Source: Alkanindiges illinoisensis DSM 15370 (GTDB taxonomy: Bacteria > Pseudomonadota > Gammaproteobacteria > Pseudomonadales > Moraxellaceae). From it: 32,000 bases of DNA. The position numbers and the translations under genes were made by a program. Below are positions 1 through 8,011 of the stretch, one piece after another. Each line of letters begins with the position of its first letter. Position 1 is the stretch's first letter. The stretch lies in assembly GCF_000619845.1 (NCBI RefSeq), contig NZ_JHUX01000003.1, positions 580,064 to 612,063 on the forward strand, written 5' to 3'. The notes under the pieces were generated by a model. That model saw nothing but the letters and a program-made list of their open reading frames with translations. It made no database searches and had not been told where the DNA came from.

Positions 1-241
1 GATGCTGGGTTTGGGAGGGGCGCATTTCGCCAGTACCACTAGCCAGCCATAAAGCATTTACACCTAAGCACGTAGCAGCCTTTAAAAGATTTTCACCTTC
101 CATTGTTTTTGACTTTCCGCTTAGCCAGTCACTTACTGATGGGGGTTTGACCCCTACACAGCGTGCCAGCTCAACACCCTTCATTTTTTTAGGAGTTGCT
201 TCTTCCATCGCAAGTTTAAGGCGCTCAGCTAACGTTTTCAT
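1..241 (-). CDS. cI: cI-like prophage repressor (XRE-type HTH), N-terminal part; gene runs off the left window edge
   Basis: Absent from the ORF track because the window edge truncates it. Reverse-strand ATG is the complement of CAT at 239-241. Hand translation: MKTLAERLKLAMEEATPKKMKGVELARCVGVKPPSVSDWLSGKSKTMEGENLLKAATCLGVNALWLASGTGEMRPSQTQH..., a canonical cI/LexA-type helix-turn-helix plus linker. It diverges from a cro-like gene across an operator-bearing spacer. Confidence 0.8.
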   Translation of the reverse strand, partial: MKTLAERLKLAMEEATPKKMKGVELARCVGVKPPSVSDWLSGKSKTMEGENLLKAATCLGVNALWLASGTGEMRPSQTQH

Positions 242-270
242 AAGAAAAAGACAAATTATCGATTACAACT

Positions 271-286
271 GTTAGGAAATCCTAAC
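271..286. promoter_or_regulatory. Operator site a: perfect 16-bp palindrome GTTAGGAAATCCTAAC
   Basis: Read directly. Half-sites GTTAGG/CCTAAC are separated by 4 nt. First of three similarly built sites in the cI/cro spacer. Confidence 0.65.
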
Positions 287-295
287 ATAAATAAA

Positions 296-311
296 ATTAG
301 GAATGCCTATT
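296..311. promoter_or_regulatory. Operator site b: ATTAGGAATGCCTATT (one mismatch from dyad symmetry)
   Basis: Same TTAGG-N4-CCTA architecture. Its centre is about 25 bp from site a. It overlaps the proposed -35 of the rightward promoter. Confidence 0.55.
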
Positions 312-338
312 GATTATTTATAAGGATTGCCTAATAAT
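310..338 (+). promoter_or_regulatory. PR-like rightward promoter for the cro operon
   Basis: -35 TTGATT (310-315), 17-nt spacer, -10 AATAAT (333-338). AGGAG Shine-Dalgarno at 351-355 ahead of the ATG at 363. Confidence 0.45.
320..335. promoter_or_regulatory. Operator site c: ATAAGGATTGCCTAAT (one mismatch from dyad symmetry)
   Basis: Same architecture. Its centre is about 24 bp from site b. It overlaps the spacer and -10 of the proposed rightward promoter. Confidence 0.55.
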
Positions 339-362
339 TGATTTATTGTTAGGAGATGCAAG

Positions 363-638
363 ATGACAGATGACCAACTCATTAATGCATTGGGTGGCTG
401 TACTGCTGTAGCCAATTTTTTAGGAATTAAGCCTCCGTCTGTAAGTGGATGGAACTCAATTCCTTTGGATAAAAAAATTTTGCTAGCAGTAATTGCGGAA
501 GATCATGGCATTTGCACCCGCAAAGAACTTTTTCCCGATTCTTATCAGAATATTTGGATTGAATTACGTCCTGAATTTAACACTGCTTCCAGTCGAAAAA
601 CCAAGTTAGCCACCTCTGTAAATGAACGTATTTCCTGA
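363..638 (+). CDS. cro: Cro/YdaS-like small HTH regulator
   Basis: 91-aa ORF with a good AGGAG RBS, divergent from the repressor. N-terminus ...LINALGGCTAVANFLGIKPPSVSGW... is the Cro/YdaS-type HTH. Confidence 0.75.
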   Translation: MTDDQLINALGGCTAVANFLGIKPPSVSGWNSIPLDKKILLAVIAEDHGICTRKELFPDSYQNIWIELRPEFNTASSRKTKLATSVNERIS

Positions 639-707
639 ATACAAGATTAGCCAAACTGGACGGCAAGTTACACGGCCAAATTTTTAAAAAGTACCGAGTA
701 CCCAAAA

Positions 708-1178
708 ATGAGAGACATATTTTTAGCCCTACAGCATATCGCTCAATCCTACGGAATTCGTCAGATTGCTGAATATCTGGGCACCAAGCCTGAGGGCCTG
801 CGTAAAAAACTAAATCCTAATGACGATTCGCATCAGGTCACGCTGGCTGAGTTTCTACACATTAGTAGTATTACAGGCAAGCCAGATGCGTTATTGGCCA
901 TCGCTGCTGAGCTGGGCTATGTATGTATTAAGGCTCATAAGGCAACTAATGAAACCAGCATGGCGCAGATGTGCTTCTTGACCATGATGCTTGAACTTGG
1001 TCAGTCCAAAGGTGATTTAAGCGGAGCGATCAAGTCAGGCATGAGTGACAACCGAATCTGCATGAGGGATGCCCGTGACATCAAAGCGGCTGTCTATGAA
1101 ATGCAGTGTGACCTTGCTCAGATTGAGCAAGCCATTGATGAGTGCTTTAACAATGAAAAACAAGGAAGCCGAAAATGA
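708..1178 (+). CDS. cII: Phage regulatory protein CII, coliphage 186 CII / CP76 type
   Basis: ...IAEYLGTKPEGLRKKLNPNDDSHQVTLAEFLHISSITG... closely parallels the 186 CII segment ...LRNKLNPEQPHQFTPPELWLLTDLT... as I remember it. Position directly after cro fits. Confidence 0.65.
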   Translation: MRDIFLALQHIAQSYGIRQIAEYLGTKPEGLRKKLNPNDDSHQVTLAEFLHISSITGKPDALLAIAAELGYVCIKAHKATNETSMAQMCFLTMMLELGQSKGDLSGAIKSGMSDNRICMRDARDIKAAVYEMQCDLAQIEQAIDECFNNEKQGSRK

Positions 1179-1369
1179 CCCAAAAACAATGTCCATGTCC
1201 TGAAGCCAAAGCAGGTGAGTGCTGCAAGCATTGCCCAACGCTGTTGGTTGATAACGAATGCCAGCCAGTTGCACCGGGCGATGCATCATTTTTTCCACCA
1301 GCAGAGTCACCGCTTTATGCGGTTGAGTCGAGTGATGAAGTCCGGCCGATCCTGAACGGGGGCTGGTAA
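1175..1369 (+). CDS. Hypothetical small Cys-rich protein
   Basis: ATGA overlap with the cII-like stop indicates translational coupling. Seven Cys in the first 29 aa (CPCPEAKAGECCKHC...C). No family recognised. Confidence 0.5.
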   Translation: MTQKQCPCPEAKAGECCKHCPTLLVDNECQPVAPGDASFFPPAESPLYAVESSDEVRPILNGGW

Positions 1370-1379
1370 AAACGAAAAA

Positions 1380-1401
1380 CCCAGCGGCCAGGCTGGGTTC
1401 T
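1380..1401 (+). terminator. Weak hairpin after the first early operon segment (possible tR1-like element)
   Basis: CCCAGC-GGCCAG-GCTGGG (6-bp stem) followed only by TTCT, so the T-tract is poor. Confidence 0.25.
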
Positions 1402-1449
1402 AAGCGTATCTGTTTTGAACAGGTACTAAGTCGATGAAGGAATTATGCA

Positions 1450-2208
1450 ATGTCTGAATTGAAAAGTAAAGCTGTACCCCAGTTGTACAAAACCCGCATG
1501 GTTCGTGCACTAATTCGCACCCTTAACCCTAAGACTGAAACCCGCCGCATTCTTGACCCACAGCCACCATTTGACCCTGAACACGTTTCAGTGGATGTAG
1601 ATGATCTTGGCTTTATTACGTTCTGGTCGGGCAATCATACCCAAGGTATTTATCATCAGGTTAGGGCTAAAGTCCGCCCGGGCGATATTATTTGGATAAA
1701 AGAAACTTTTGTTCGCGCCACGAATGCGCAGGATCAGGACTGCTCTATTTATAAGGCTGGCCGGATTGATGAGGAAATTGACGGGGGTTGGACGTCCTCA
1801 TTATTCATGCCGCGTGAGGCCAGCCGCATCACGCTGGAAGTGACTGAAAAAGTTCGGGTAGAGCGCCTACAGGATATCAGTGAAAAAAGCGCACTGGCTG
1901 AAGGCTTTATTAAATTACGTTCTGGTAGTGTGGTTGAGTTTGAGGGAGCACAGCACTTTGGAGCTGAATGGCTTACGGCTAAAGAGGCTTACCGCGACTT
2001 ATGGAACGATATCAACCTGACCCCTAAGCCACTTTATAAGAATAAAGAGATTGTAGGTTACGTCTGCTATCCCTGGTCACATGCTGACTTTGATGCTGAA
2101 TATCAGGGCGTTCGCAGGTCTGGCCTATACCGTAGCAAGCCCATCAAGGTGATTGAAAACCCATGGGTAACTGTAACGACCTTTAAACTAAAGGAGTTAC
2201 GGGTATGA
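1450..2208 (+). CDS. Hypothetical protein, possible ASCH-like domain
   Basis: N-terminus ...MVRALIRTLNPKTETRRILDPQP... resembles the xMVRAILxGxKTQTRR signature I associate with phage ASCH-domain proteins. GAAGGA RBS lies 8 nt upstream. Confidence 0.45.
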   Translation: MSELKSKAVPQLYKTRMVRALIRTLNPKTETRRILDPQPPFDPEHVSVDVDDLGFITFWSGNHTQGIYHQVRAKVRPGDIIWIKETFVRATNAQDQDCSIYKAGRIDEEIDGGWTSSLFMPREASRITLEVTEKVRVERLQDISEKSALAEGFIKLRSGSVVEFEGAQHFGAEWLTAKEAYRDLWNDINLTPKPLYKNKEIVGYVCYPWSHADFDAEYQGVRRSGLYRSKPIKVIENPWVTVTTFKLKELRV

Positions 2209-2657
2209 ATATCATTCAAATATTAGGCGGCTATACCGCTGCCAAGCGAATTCTACTGGATAAACCAGCTGGTGCAATCTACTGGGACCAGGTTGAAAGC
2301 GCTTATGTCAAAAACTTCACGGTCAATAATTCCGATGAATTTGAGTGGCAGTACCTTGATGTAAGCAATCGATGGAATTACTGCAATAGTAAAGCCTGTC
2401 CAGTAACAAATGGCGATTTTGTTGAACTGGCTGAACTGCACAAGCTAGTGAAATTAACAACGAATGAGTATTTAAACCAGTATTACAAAGCGATTCAAGA
2501 GTCACTGAATCGTCAAGTGTGTGATCAGGTTCTTATCAATGTGGTTGAAGCCAAGCATGTGCGCAAAGCAAAACGCCATACAGCGTTCTGGTTAGGGGCA
2601 TTGGCGTTACTGGTTGTGTTCACCCTGATTGTGCGGGGGTGCTTATGGCAGCAGTAG
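2205..2657 (+). CDS. Hypothetical protein with C-terminal transmembrane anchor
   Basis: ATGA coupling to the upstream gene. C-terminal hydrophobic stretch AFWLGALALLVVFTLIVRGCLW. Confidence 0.55.
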   Translation: MNIIQILGGYTAAKRILLDKPAGAIYWDQVESAYVKNFTVNNSDEFEWQYLDVSNRWNYCNSKACPVTNGDFVELAELHKLVKLTTNEYLNQYYKAIQESLNRQVCDQVLINVVEAKHVRKAKRHTAFWLGALALLVVFTLIVRGCLWQQ

Positions 2658-3349
2658 CGTTTAATCCCCTGAATGCTGGCCGCACCATGTCCAGCCGTGA
2701 AATTGCGGAACTCACCCGCAAGGAACATGGCCATATGATGCGTGACATCAAGAGTGTGCTTACCCAGCTGGGCTTTAATGACAGCCAGTATATCCATTAC
2801 TGGATACACCCCCAGAATTACCAGCAGTACCCGGAATATCAGCTGGACCATCAACTGACCATGATTTTAATCACGGGTTACAGCGTGCCTTTACGTGCTG
2901 CCGTGATTAATCGCTGGTCTGAACTGGAACAGCGCAACTTGTTGCCTGACTTCACTGATCCGGCTGCCACTGCAATTGCGTGGGCAGAGCAGTATCGCCT
3001 GAAACAGCAGGCCGAGCAGCAAATTGCCCAACTGGTACCTAAGGCCGAGGCATTAGACCGTATTACCAATACGGCTGACCTGTTTGGCATTCGTGAAGCC
3101 TGTAATGCCCTGAAAATTTCCCAGACCCAGCTGACCACAATGCTTATTGAGTGTAAGTGGGCCTTTCGCACGCCTAAGGGTAAGTTGCAGGGCTATGCCA
3201 ACCGCACAAAGCAGGGCGTTCTAACCCATATCGTAACGCAGCCAAAGCCTGACAATCATGGTGTTGAGCATGTTTACCAGCAATTAAAGATTACTTCCAA
3301 GGGCATCACTGTGCTTGCCGAAATTTTGGAAAAGGAAGGCTCAAAATGA
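2639..3349 (+). CDS. Rha-family regulator / antirepressor with KilAC (ANT)-type C-terminal domain
   Basis: MSSREIAELTRKEHGHMMRDIKSVL matches the Phage_pRha signature (xEIAELxGKxHxxVxRDI). The C-terminal part (...AIAWAEQYRLKQQAEQQIAQLVPKAEALDRI...FGIREACNALKI...) resembles KilAC/ANT antirepressor domains. An internal ATG at 2687 (MSSREI...) may be the true start. Confidence 0.75.
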   Translation: MLMAAVAFNPLNAGRTMSSREIAELTRKEHGHMMRDIKSVLTQLGFNDSQYIHYWIHPQNYQQYPEYQLDHQLTMILITGYSVPLRAAVINRWSELEQRNLLPDFTDPAATAIAWAEQYRLKQQAEQQIAQLVPKAEALDRITNTADLFGIREACNALKISQTQLTTMLIECKWAFRTPKGKLQGYANRTKQGVLTHIVTQPKPDNHGVEHVYQQLKITSKGITVLAEILEKEGSK

Positions 3350-3666
3350 GTAAGTTTTATTGTTCTACCCATAACAAGTACAAAGCCATTCCGCGTCAGA
3401 AATACGAGGATGGCGACCGTGTTCAATACATTCTAAAAGGCCGTGGCGGTCATCCAGCAACAACCGCCAAAGGTAGTGTCCAGTTGGTACAGGGTAATCT
3501 GCTGCATGTGGCTACTGATAGCGGTAAAAACATCAAGCTGACCAATGAACTTGAGTCCGTTACACCGGCCTGGGCGCCATCACCACTGCAGTATTTTAAT
3601 CCCGGCAAATGCTGGTGTGACATTGTTGAAGAGGCTGAACCTGTTCAGCAGGACGGTGCAGCATGA
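3346..3666 (+). CDS. Hypothetical protein
   Basis: ATGA-coupled 106-aa ORF in the early gene chain. No motif recognised. Confidence 0.55.
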   Translation: MSKFYCSTHNKYKAIPRQKYEDGDRVQYILKGRGGHPATTAKGSVQLVQGNLLHVATDSGKNIKLTNELESVTPAWAPSPLQYFNPGKCWCDIVEEAEPVQQDGAA

Positions 3667-4589
3667 GCTTAACTAAAGGACGGATCAATCGCACAGGCAA
3701 AATCTACTTTCACGATGCATCAGTTATGGTTCGAGATGATGGGGGCTTGCCGCAAGAATGGGAAGCCCGTCAAGCATGGGATAAGACACTTAAAAAACAG
3801 GTTTTTTTACGCATTGTGCAACAGCTTAATCGCATGGGCTGGATCTGTACTGTCCCCCAAGAATATGTTGGTCAGTACAGTGATAGTTTTGCTCGCTTGC
3901 ACCGTAGCTGTGAAAAAGGGGAGTTAAAAGGCGAGTTAAAAATCTTTGGTAATACTGTTGAATTTGAAATGTGGCAGGACATTATTACGCCTACACGCGA
4001 AGACCGTAAAGGCCGTTACGAGTTTAACAAAGAAAAAATTATGCCTTATATGCTCCGGCTGGAAATGGAGCGTACCCGTCAAAGGATTACTAGATATCTG
4101 ACTAATATCTTTACGGGATATGTGGTTGAGGGTAAGCGAACCGTTGAACGTGGGCCTCAATTACATGCTGTCTCGGTATTAGACTGGATTAAATTTGAAT
4201 ATCAACAAGGATGGGACTACGACAGTAAATTAGGCCGTCCTTGCGGTGAAGAGCGTTGCGGCAATAATAGAAGTGCGGATGAAAGCACCATCAAGCATGG
4301 TGAACGTGTCTGGTTCTATGACCGCAAAGGTCGTTTAAATACCGGTATTGCTTACTACAACATTAATAATATGTGGTGGGTAGTTACTGGAAAATATGAT
4401 GTCTGCAATGAAGCCAGTTTCCACTTGTATACCAGTTTACCTGATCATCCCCGGAAAAAGCATAACCAGAAATTAGCCAAAAGCCGCTTAAAACAAGAGC
4501 TGGATAAGGCAGTTGCAGTCATGAATTTTGAGCGGGCTATCAAGCTGCGTAATGTCCTTTACCCAAATGGTGTAGAGGCTGCAGCATGA
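3663..4589 (+). CDS. Hypothetical protein with C-terminal UVR-like (UvrB/UvrC-type) helical motif
   Basis: ATGA-coupled 308-aa ORF. The C-terminus LKQELDKAVAVMNFERAIKLRNVL resembles the UVR motif (L..L..A....FE.AA.LRD.I). Confidence 0.6.
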   Translation: MSLTKGRINRTGKIYFHDASVMVRDDGGLPQEWEARQAWDKTLKKQVFLRIVQQLNRMGWICTVPQEYVGQYSDSFARLHRSCEKGELKGELKIFGNTVEFEMWQDIITPTREDRKGRYEFNKEKIMPYMLRLEMERTRQRITRYLTNIFTGYVVEGKRTVERGPQLHAVSVLDWIKFEYQQGWDYDSKLGRPCGEERCGNNRSADESTIKHGERVWFYDRKGRLNTGIAYYNINNMWWVVTGKYDVCNEASFHLYTSLPDHPRKKHNQKLAKSRLKQELDKAVAVMNFERAIKLRNVLYPNGVEAAA

Positions 4590-4813
4590 TTTTCCAATCA
4601 CCTAAACCAAGTTTGAAAACTATTGAATCTGAATTTATTGAACGTGTCTGTGAAACCTGCGGTTGGTTATTTGTTTCCATTATTACGGGATTTGGTGCTG
4701 AAAAGATTAGAGATTTTAGTATTGGCCGCCGCAAGCCACGGCCAATAGATATGAGAAAGTTTATTGATGCCTTGGGTAAGTTCAACCAGCTAACGAAAGT
4801 GAGGTCGAAATGA
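4586..4813 (+). CDS. Hypothetical protein
   Basis: ATGA-coupled 75-aa ORF. No motif recognised. Confidence 0.5.
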   Translation: MIFQSPKPSLKTIESEFIERVCETCGWLFVSIITGFGAEKIRDFSIGRRKPRPIDMRKFIDALGKFNQLTKVRSK

Positions 4814-4992
4814 GTTCACTGATTCGCTGTGTTGGGCATCGCCACGGGCCTAAATTTAATCATGAGTTATTTCATGGCTGTGCTCGTTGTAAGCACCTTG
4901 ATACTAATGGCAAACCAGCCCCGCCTTTAAGTCAATGGATAGGCGTTTGCCCGACTCTACATCCTTACAAGAAAGGGGGTAGCCAATGCTGA
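4810..4992 (+). CDS. Hypothetical small Cys/His-rich protein
   Basis: ATGA-coupled 60-aa ORF. CVGHRH...HGCARCKH...C suggests metal binding. Confidence 0.45.
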   Translation: MSSLIRCVGHRHGPKFNHELFHGCARCKHLDTNGKPAPPLSQWIGVCPTLHPYKKGGSQC

Positions 4993-5351
4993 CATTAAGC
5001 CAGTTTCATCAGTTCGTGATCCAGTATGGCCAGAAAATCGGCTTTGAGTACAGTTTATTTGCTGTCAAAGCGATGTATGCCAGTTATTTTGCGGGCCATC
5101 CTACTGATGTGGCAAAGCAAGTCATTGCCGCGTTTAAAGAAGATATCAGCTGCCTAGAAGCACGTAATTACTTATTAAGCCGTATCAATGAGCGTGAGGA
5201 TAAACCTTCATCTGATTCTTTATTGACTGAAGAACTCAAAGTGTCGGGACATGGCACTGTCTATTACTACAACCAGGGCTGCCGCTGCGTATTGTGTTGT
5301 CATGCACGGGCAGAGTACTGGGCAAAGCACAAGAAGGAGCGTGCGGCGTAA
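4986..5351 (+). CDS. Hypothetical protein with one C-terminal HGT-x3-Y-x2-GCRC-x2-C module
   Basis: The C-terminus GHGTVYYYNQGCRCVLCCHARAEYWAKHKK is the same module that is triplicated in ORF 8008-8853. The stop overlaps the next start (TAATG). Confidence 0.6.
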   Translation: MLTLSQFHQFVIQYGQKIGFEYSLFAVKAMYASYFAGHPTDVAKQVIAAFKEDISCLEARNYLLSRINEREDKPSSDSLLTEELKVSGHGTVYYYNQGCRCVLCCHARAEYWAKHKKERAA

Positions 5352-6355
5352 TGCACTACTATGAACACCATATTGGTGATTTTACAAGAGATACGGTGCA
5401 CTTAAGTCCTGTAGAAGAGTGCTACTACAGGCGTGCCCTTGATCTGTATTACAAGAGTGAAATGCCCTTGAGTACAGATGTAGAGGACATTTGCCGCAAG
5501 TTAAGAGCTATCACTAAATCCCAAAAGAAAGCGGTGCAAATCATTCTGGCAGAATTTTTTACGCTGGAAGATGACGGCTATCACCAATCACGCTGTGACC
5601 GCGAAATTGCCGAGTATCTGGAACTAGAACCTGACCGCGAAGCCAAGAAAGAAAATGCCCGTGAACGTCAGCGCCGTGCCCGCGAGCGTCGTAAGGAATT
5701 ATTTGCTTTTCTACGTGAGCACAACATTGTTCCGCGTTATGACATCAAATCAGTTGAGTTACAGCGCATGGTTGATGAAGTGATATCACGAACAGGTAAC
5801 AAACCTGTCACGCGTGACAAGTCTGTGACGTCACAACCAGATTCATGTGATGTTACGGCTACCCAAGTACCAAGTACCACTCCCCAAGTACCAGATGACA
5901 ATTATATGTATCCCGCTGGTGATGAAGATGCGGCAGAGGCGTTTTTAAGTGGCTTGGGTGATTTTGAAGAAAAAAATGACCCACGAATGCTGACTTGGAA
6001 ACAGCTTGGATACACATCGATTCCTGAACACTGGCGTCAAATGGCACTTAAGGATTTTCCAGATTTAAACGAAGCCTCACTCAAAGCCCTGTTTATTGGC
6101 TGTGCTGCTAAATGCGCTGCCAATTATGGAACAAAGCAGTCAGTGCTTAAGTGGGATGCTCAATGGGCCTTCACCTTATCCACATTTGCAGACGAAAAAC
6201 TGGCACGGCAAAAGAGTGATAAAGCCACAGGCTCTAAACCAGCCACCTCACGTTCTTCTAAAACCAATTTAAATTGCAACCAGGACTGGAATAACCAGCC
6301 ACCACCAGACTATGCCGACCTGCCCCCGGTTGATGTCAGTGATATGGAGTATTGA
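5351..6355 (+). CDS. DUF1376 / YdaU-family replication protein (O-like initiator position)
   Basis: I place the start at the ATG at 5351 (TAATG overlap with the upstream stop), not at the track start 5294. MHYYEHHIGDFTRDTVHLSPVEECYYRRALDLYYKSEMPL matches the DUF1376 N-terminal signature. It sits directly upstream of a DnaC-like loader. Confidence 0.7.
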   Translation: MHYYEHHIGDFTRDTVHLSPVEECYYRRALDLYYKSEMPLSTDVEDICRKLRAITKSQKKAVQIILAEFFTLEDDGYHQSRCDREIAEYLELEPDREAKKENARERQRRARERRKELFAFLREHNIVPRYDIKSVELQRMVDEVISRTGNKPVTRDKSVTSQPDSCDVTATQVPSTTPQVPDDNYMYPAGDEDAAEAFLSGLGDFEEKNDPRMLTWKQLGYTSIPEHWRQMALKDFPDLNEASLKALFIGCAAKCAANYGTKQSVLKWDAQWAFTLSTFADEKLARQKSDKATGSKPATSRSSKTNLNCNQDWNNQPPPDYADLPPVDVSDMEY

Positions 6356-6357
6356 TC

Positions 6358-7194
6358 ATGAATGCACCATCAAAACAATTGTCAGATTATAAATCACGGC
6401 CAGCGCGACCTGCTCCAAAACGCATGTTTGTTGCCGATTTAACCGATAAGTCACATCCCCAATACTGTGACGTTCACGGCCAGTACTTTCCGTTGATTGG
6501 TGCGCCTGCCATGTGCCCAGAATGTGCCGTTATTAAGGCCGAACTGGCTGAGGCTGCACATCATGAAGCACTGTTTAATGCCCGTGAGAAAGCCCGCCAT
6601 GCAGCAGCTGGTGTACCAATCCGCCATTCTCATTGTGGCTTTGTGAATTACAAACAGGAATTACCAGGTCAGCGTGTGGCCCTAACAGCGGCCAAAGCCT
6701 ATACCAAGCGTATTCAGGCTGGCCAGACTGGCTGCCTGATAATGGTAGGTTCAACAGGTACGGGTAAAACACATTTATCAGTATCCATTATCCGCAACCT
6801 GATGGCGCGTAGACAGGATAAAGAGCCATTGTTTGCCCGTTATGCCACCAGTGCCGATATTGCCAATGACATTACAACAGCATGGGTACGGGAGCGTGCA
6901 AAGGAAGGTGACAACGAGAAAGCCACCCTACAGCGTTATGTTGATCCTGATGTGCTGGTGATTGATGAAGTTGGGCTGGATGATCAGCGCGATAACCAGA
7001 TCAATGCCATTCATCGCGTACTAACTGCCCGACATGACGCGCAAAAATCAACAGTTGTAGTGAGTAACCTGACCACTGCAAAAATGCAAGAACTGATGGG
7101 CGACCGCTTATGGTCCAGACTTGGTGAAGATGGCGCGATTGTTGAGTGTTTTTGGGCAGATCAGCGCACAGCTAGCAAAGGATGGATGAAATGA
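6358..7194 (+). CDS. dnaC: DnaC/IstB-like AAA+ helicase loader
   Basis: Walker A GSTGTGKTH and Walker B VLVIDEVG. The N-terminal Cys pairs (C-x2-H...C-x2-C) look like a zinc-binding motif. The track ORF begins at TTG 6352; the first ATG is 6358. Confidence 0.8.
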   Translation: MNAPSKQLSDYKSRPARPAPKRMFVADLTDKSHPQYCDVHGQYFPLIGAPAMCPECAVIKAELAEAAHHEALFNAREKARHAAAGVPIRHSHCGFVNYKQELPGQRVALTAAKAYTKRIQAGQTGCLIMVGSTGTGKTHLSVSIIRNLMARRQDKEPLFARYATSADIANDITTAWVRERAKEGDNEKATLQRYVDPDVLVIDEVGLDDQRDNQINAIHRVLTARHDAQKSTVVVSNLTTAKMQELMGDRLWSRLGEDGAIVECFWADQRTASKGWMK

Positions 7195-7775
7195 AAAAAC
7201 GTAAGCTAGTTAAATCGTCATCCACTGTCCAGCGTAAGCACCTTACTGCCAAATGGGAAATCCTGTCAGTAGCGAATTATGTTCTCGAGCATTTTCCCAA
7301 CAATGCACCATTGCCGCCTAAAGCCTTAATGGCCATATATCAGGGTGCGGCAGTGCCTTGCATTCAGGATGGCCTGATTGATGAAAAACAGCGTTGGGGC
7401 GTCACTATCCTGACCACTGTACGCATGCCGGATGGCTCTTTGCAGCCGCATGACGTGTCATGGCGTATTGATGAGCCAATTTCGTTTAAGGATTTTATGC
7501 GCGGAAATCCAGACATCAAGGTTGAGCGCGGCAATGGTCTGAAAACACGTTGGATTGGTGTAGCAGAGGAGTGGAAGCGCATCACTCAAGAAGAAATTCC
7601 AGATGGCCTTGTAATTGTATCTGCATGGGCTACTGCGAACTGTATGGCCGTACTACGCAACAACGGTATTAAGCCAGGCTTGCTGGCTAAGTACTTCAAA
7701 ACAATTGAACTAAAAAGCCGCATGTACCTGCAAGGCACGGTGCTTGAGCCGGTTTATAGCGAGGTAATTTCTTAA
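7182..7775 (+). CDS. Hypothetical protein
   Basis: 197-aa ORF that overlaps the upstream stop. No motif recognised. Confidence 0.6.
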   Translation: MDEMKKRKLVKSSSTVQRKHLTAKWEILSVANYVLEHFPNNAPLPPKALMAIYQGAAVPCIQDGLIDEKQRWGVTILTTVRMPDGSLQPHDVSWRIDEPISFKDFMRGNPDIKVERGNGLKTRWIGVAEEWKRITQEEIPDGLVIVSAWATANCMAVLRNNGIKPGLLAKYFKTIELKSRMYLQGTVLEPVYSEVIS

Positions 7776-8011
7776 TGGCCGGAGCGACCGCAGCAGTAGA
7801 GCTTATTGAATTTGATTGTAGTGCTTTTGGCCCTGAGCAAGTCACTGTAACGCTGCCCATAGTAAATATTAACCCTTATGACAATGTTTCTGATGATTGC
7901 ACCATCACAGTTGGGGGCGTTGAGCTGGTGATGGATATCAGTACTGCTTTGGAAATGACCTATCGCCTGTGTGATGCATTAGAAATTGAATATCTGGAGC
8001 CAAAAGAATGA
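7775..8011 (+). CDS. Hypothetical protein
   Basis: TAATG-coupled 78-aa acidic ORF. Confidence 0.5.
   Translation: MAGATAAVELIEFDCSAFGPEQVTVTLPIVNINPYDNVSDDCTITVGGVELVMDISTALEMTYRLCDALEIEYLEPKE

Noticed and set aside
348-363. A fourth operator, GTTAGGAGATGCAAGA
   Set aside because: Only the left half-site matches, and the sequence is better explained as the cro Shine-Dalgarno (AGGAG) and start region.
5294-5350. Upstream start of the DUF1376 ORF at 5294
   Set aside because: The family signature begins exactly at the Met at 5351 (MHYYEHHIGDF), which forms a TAATG junction with the preceding gene. The extension overlaps that gene.
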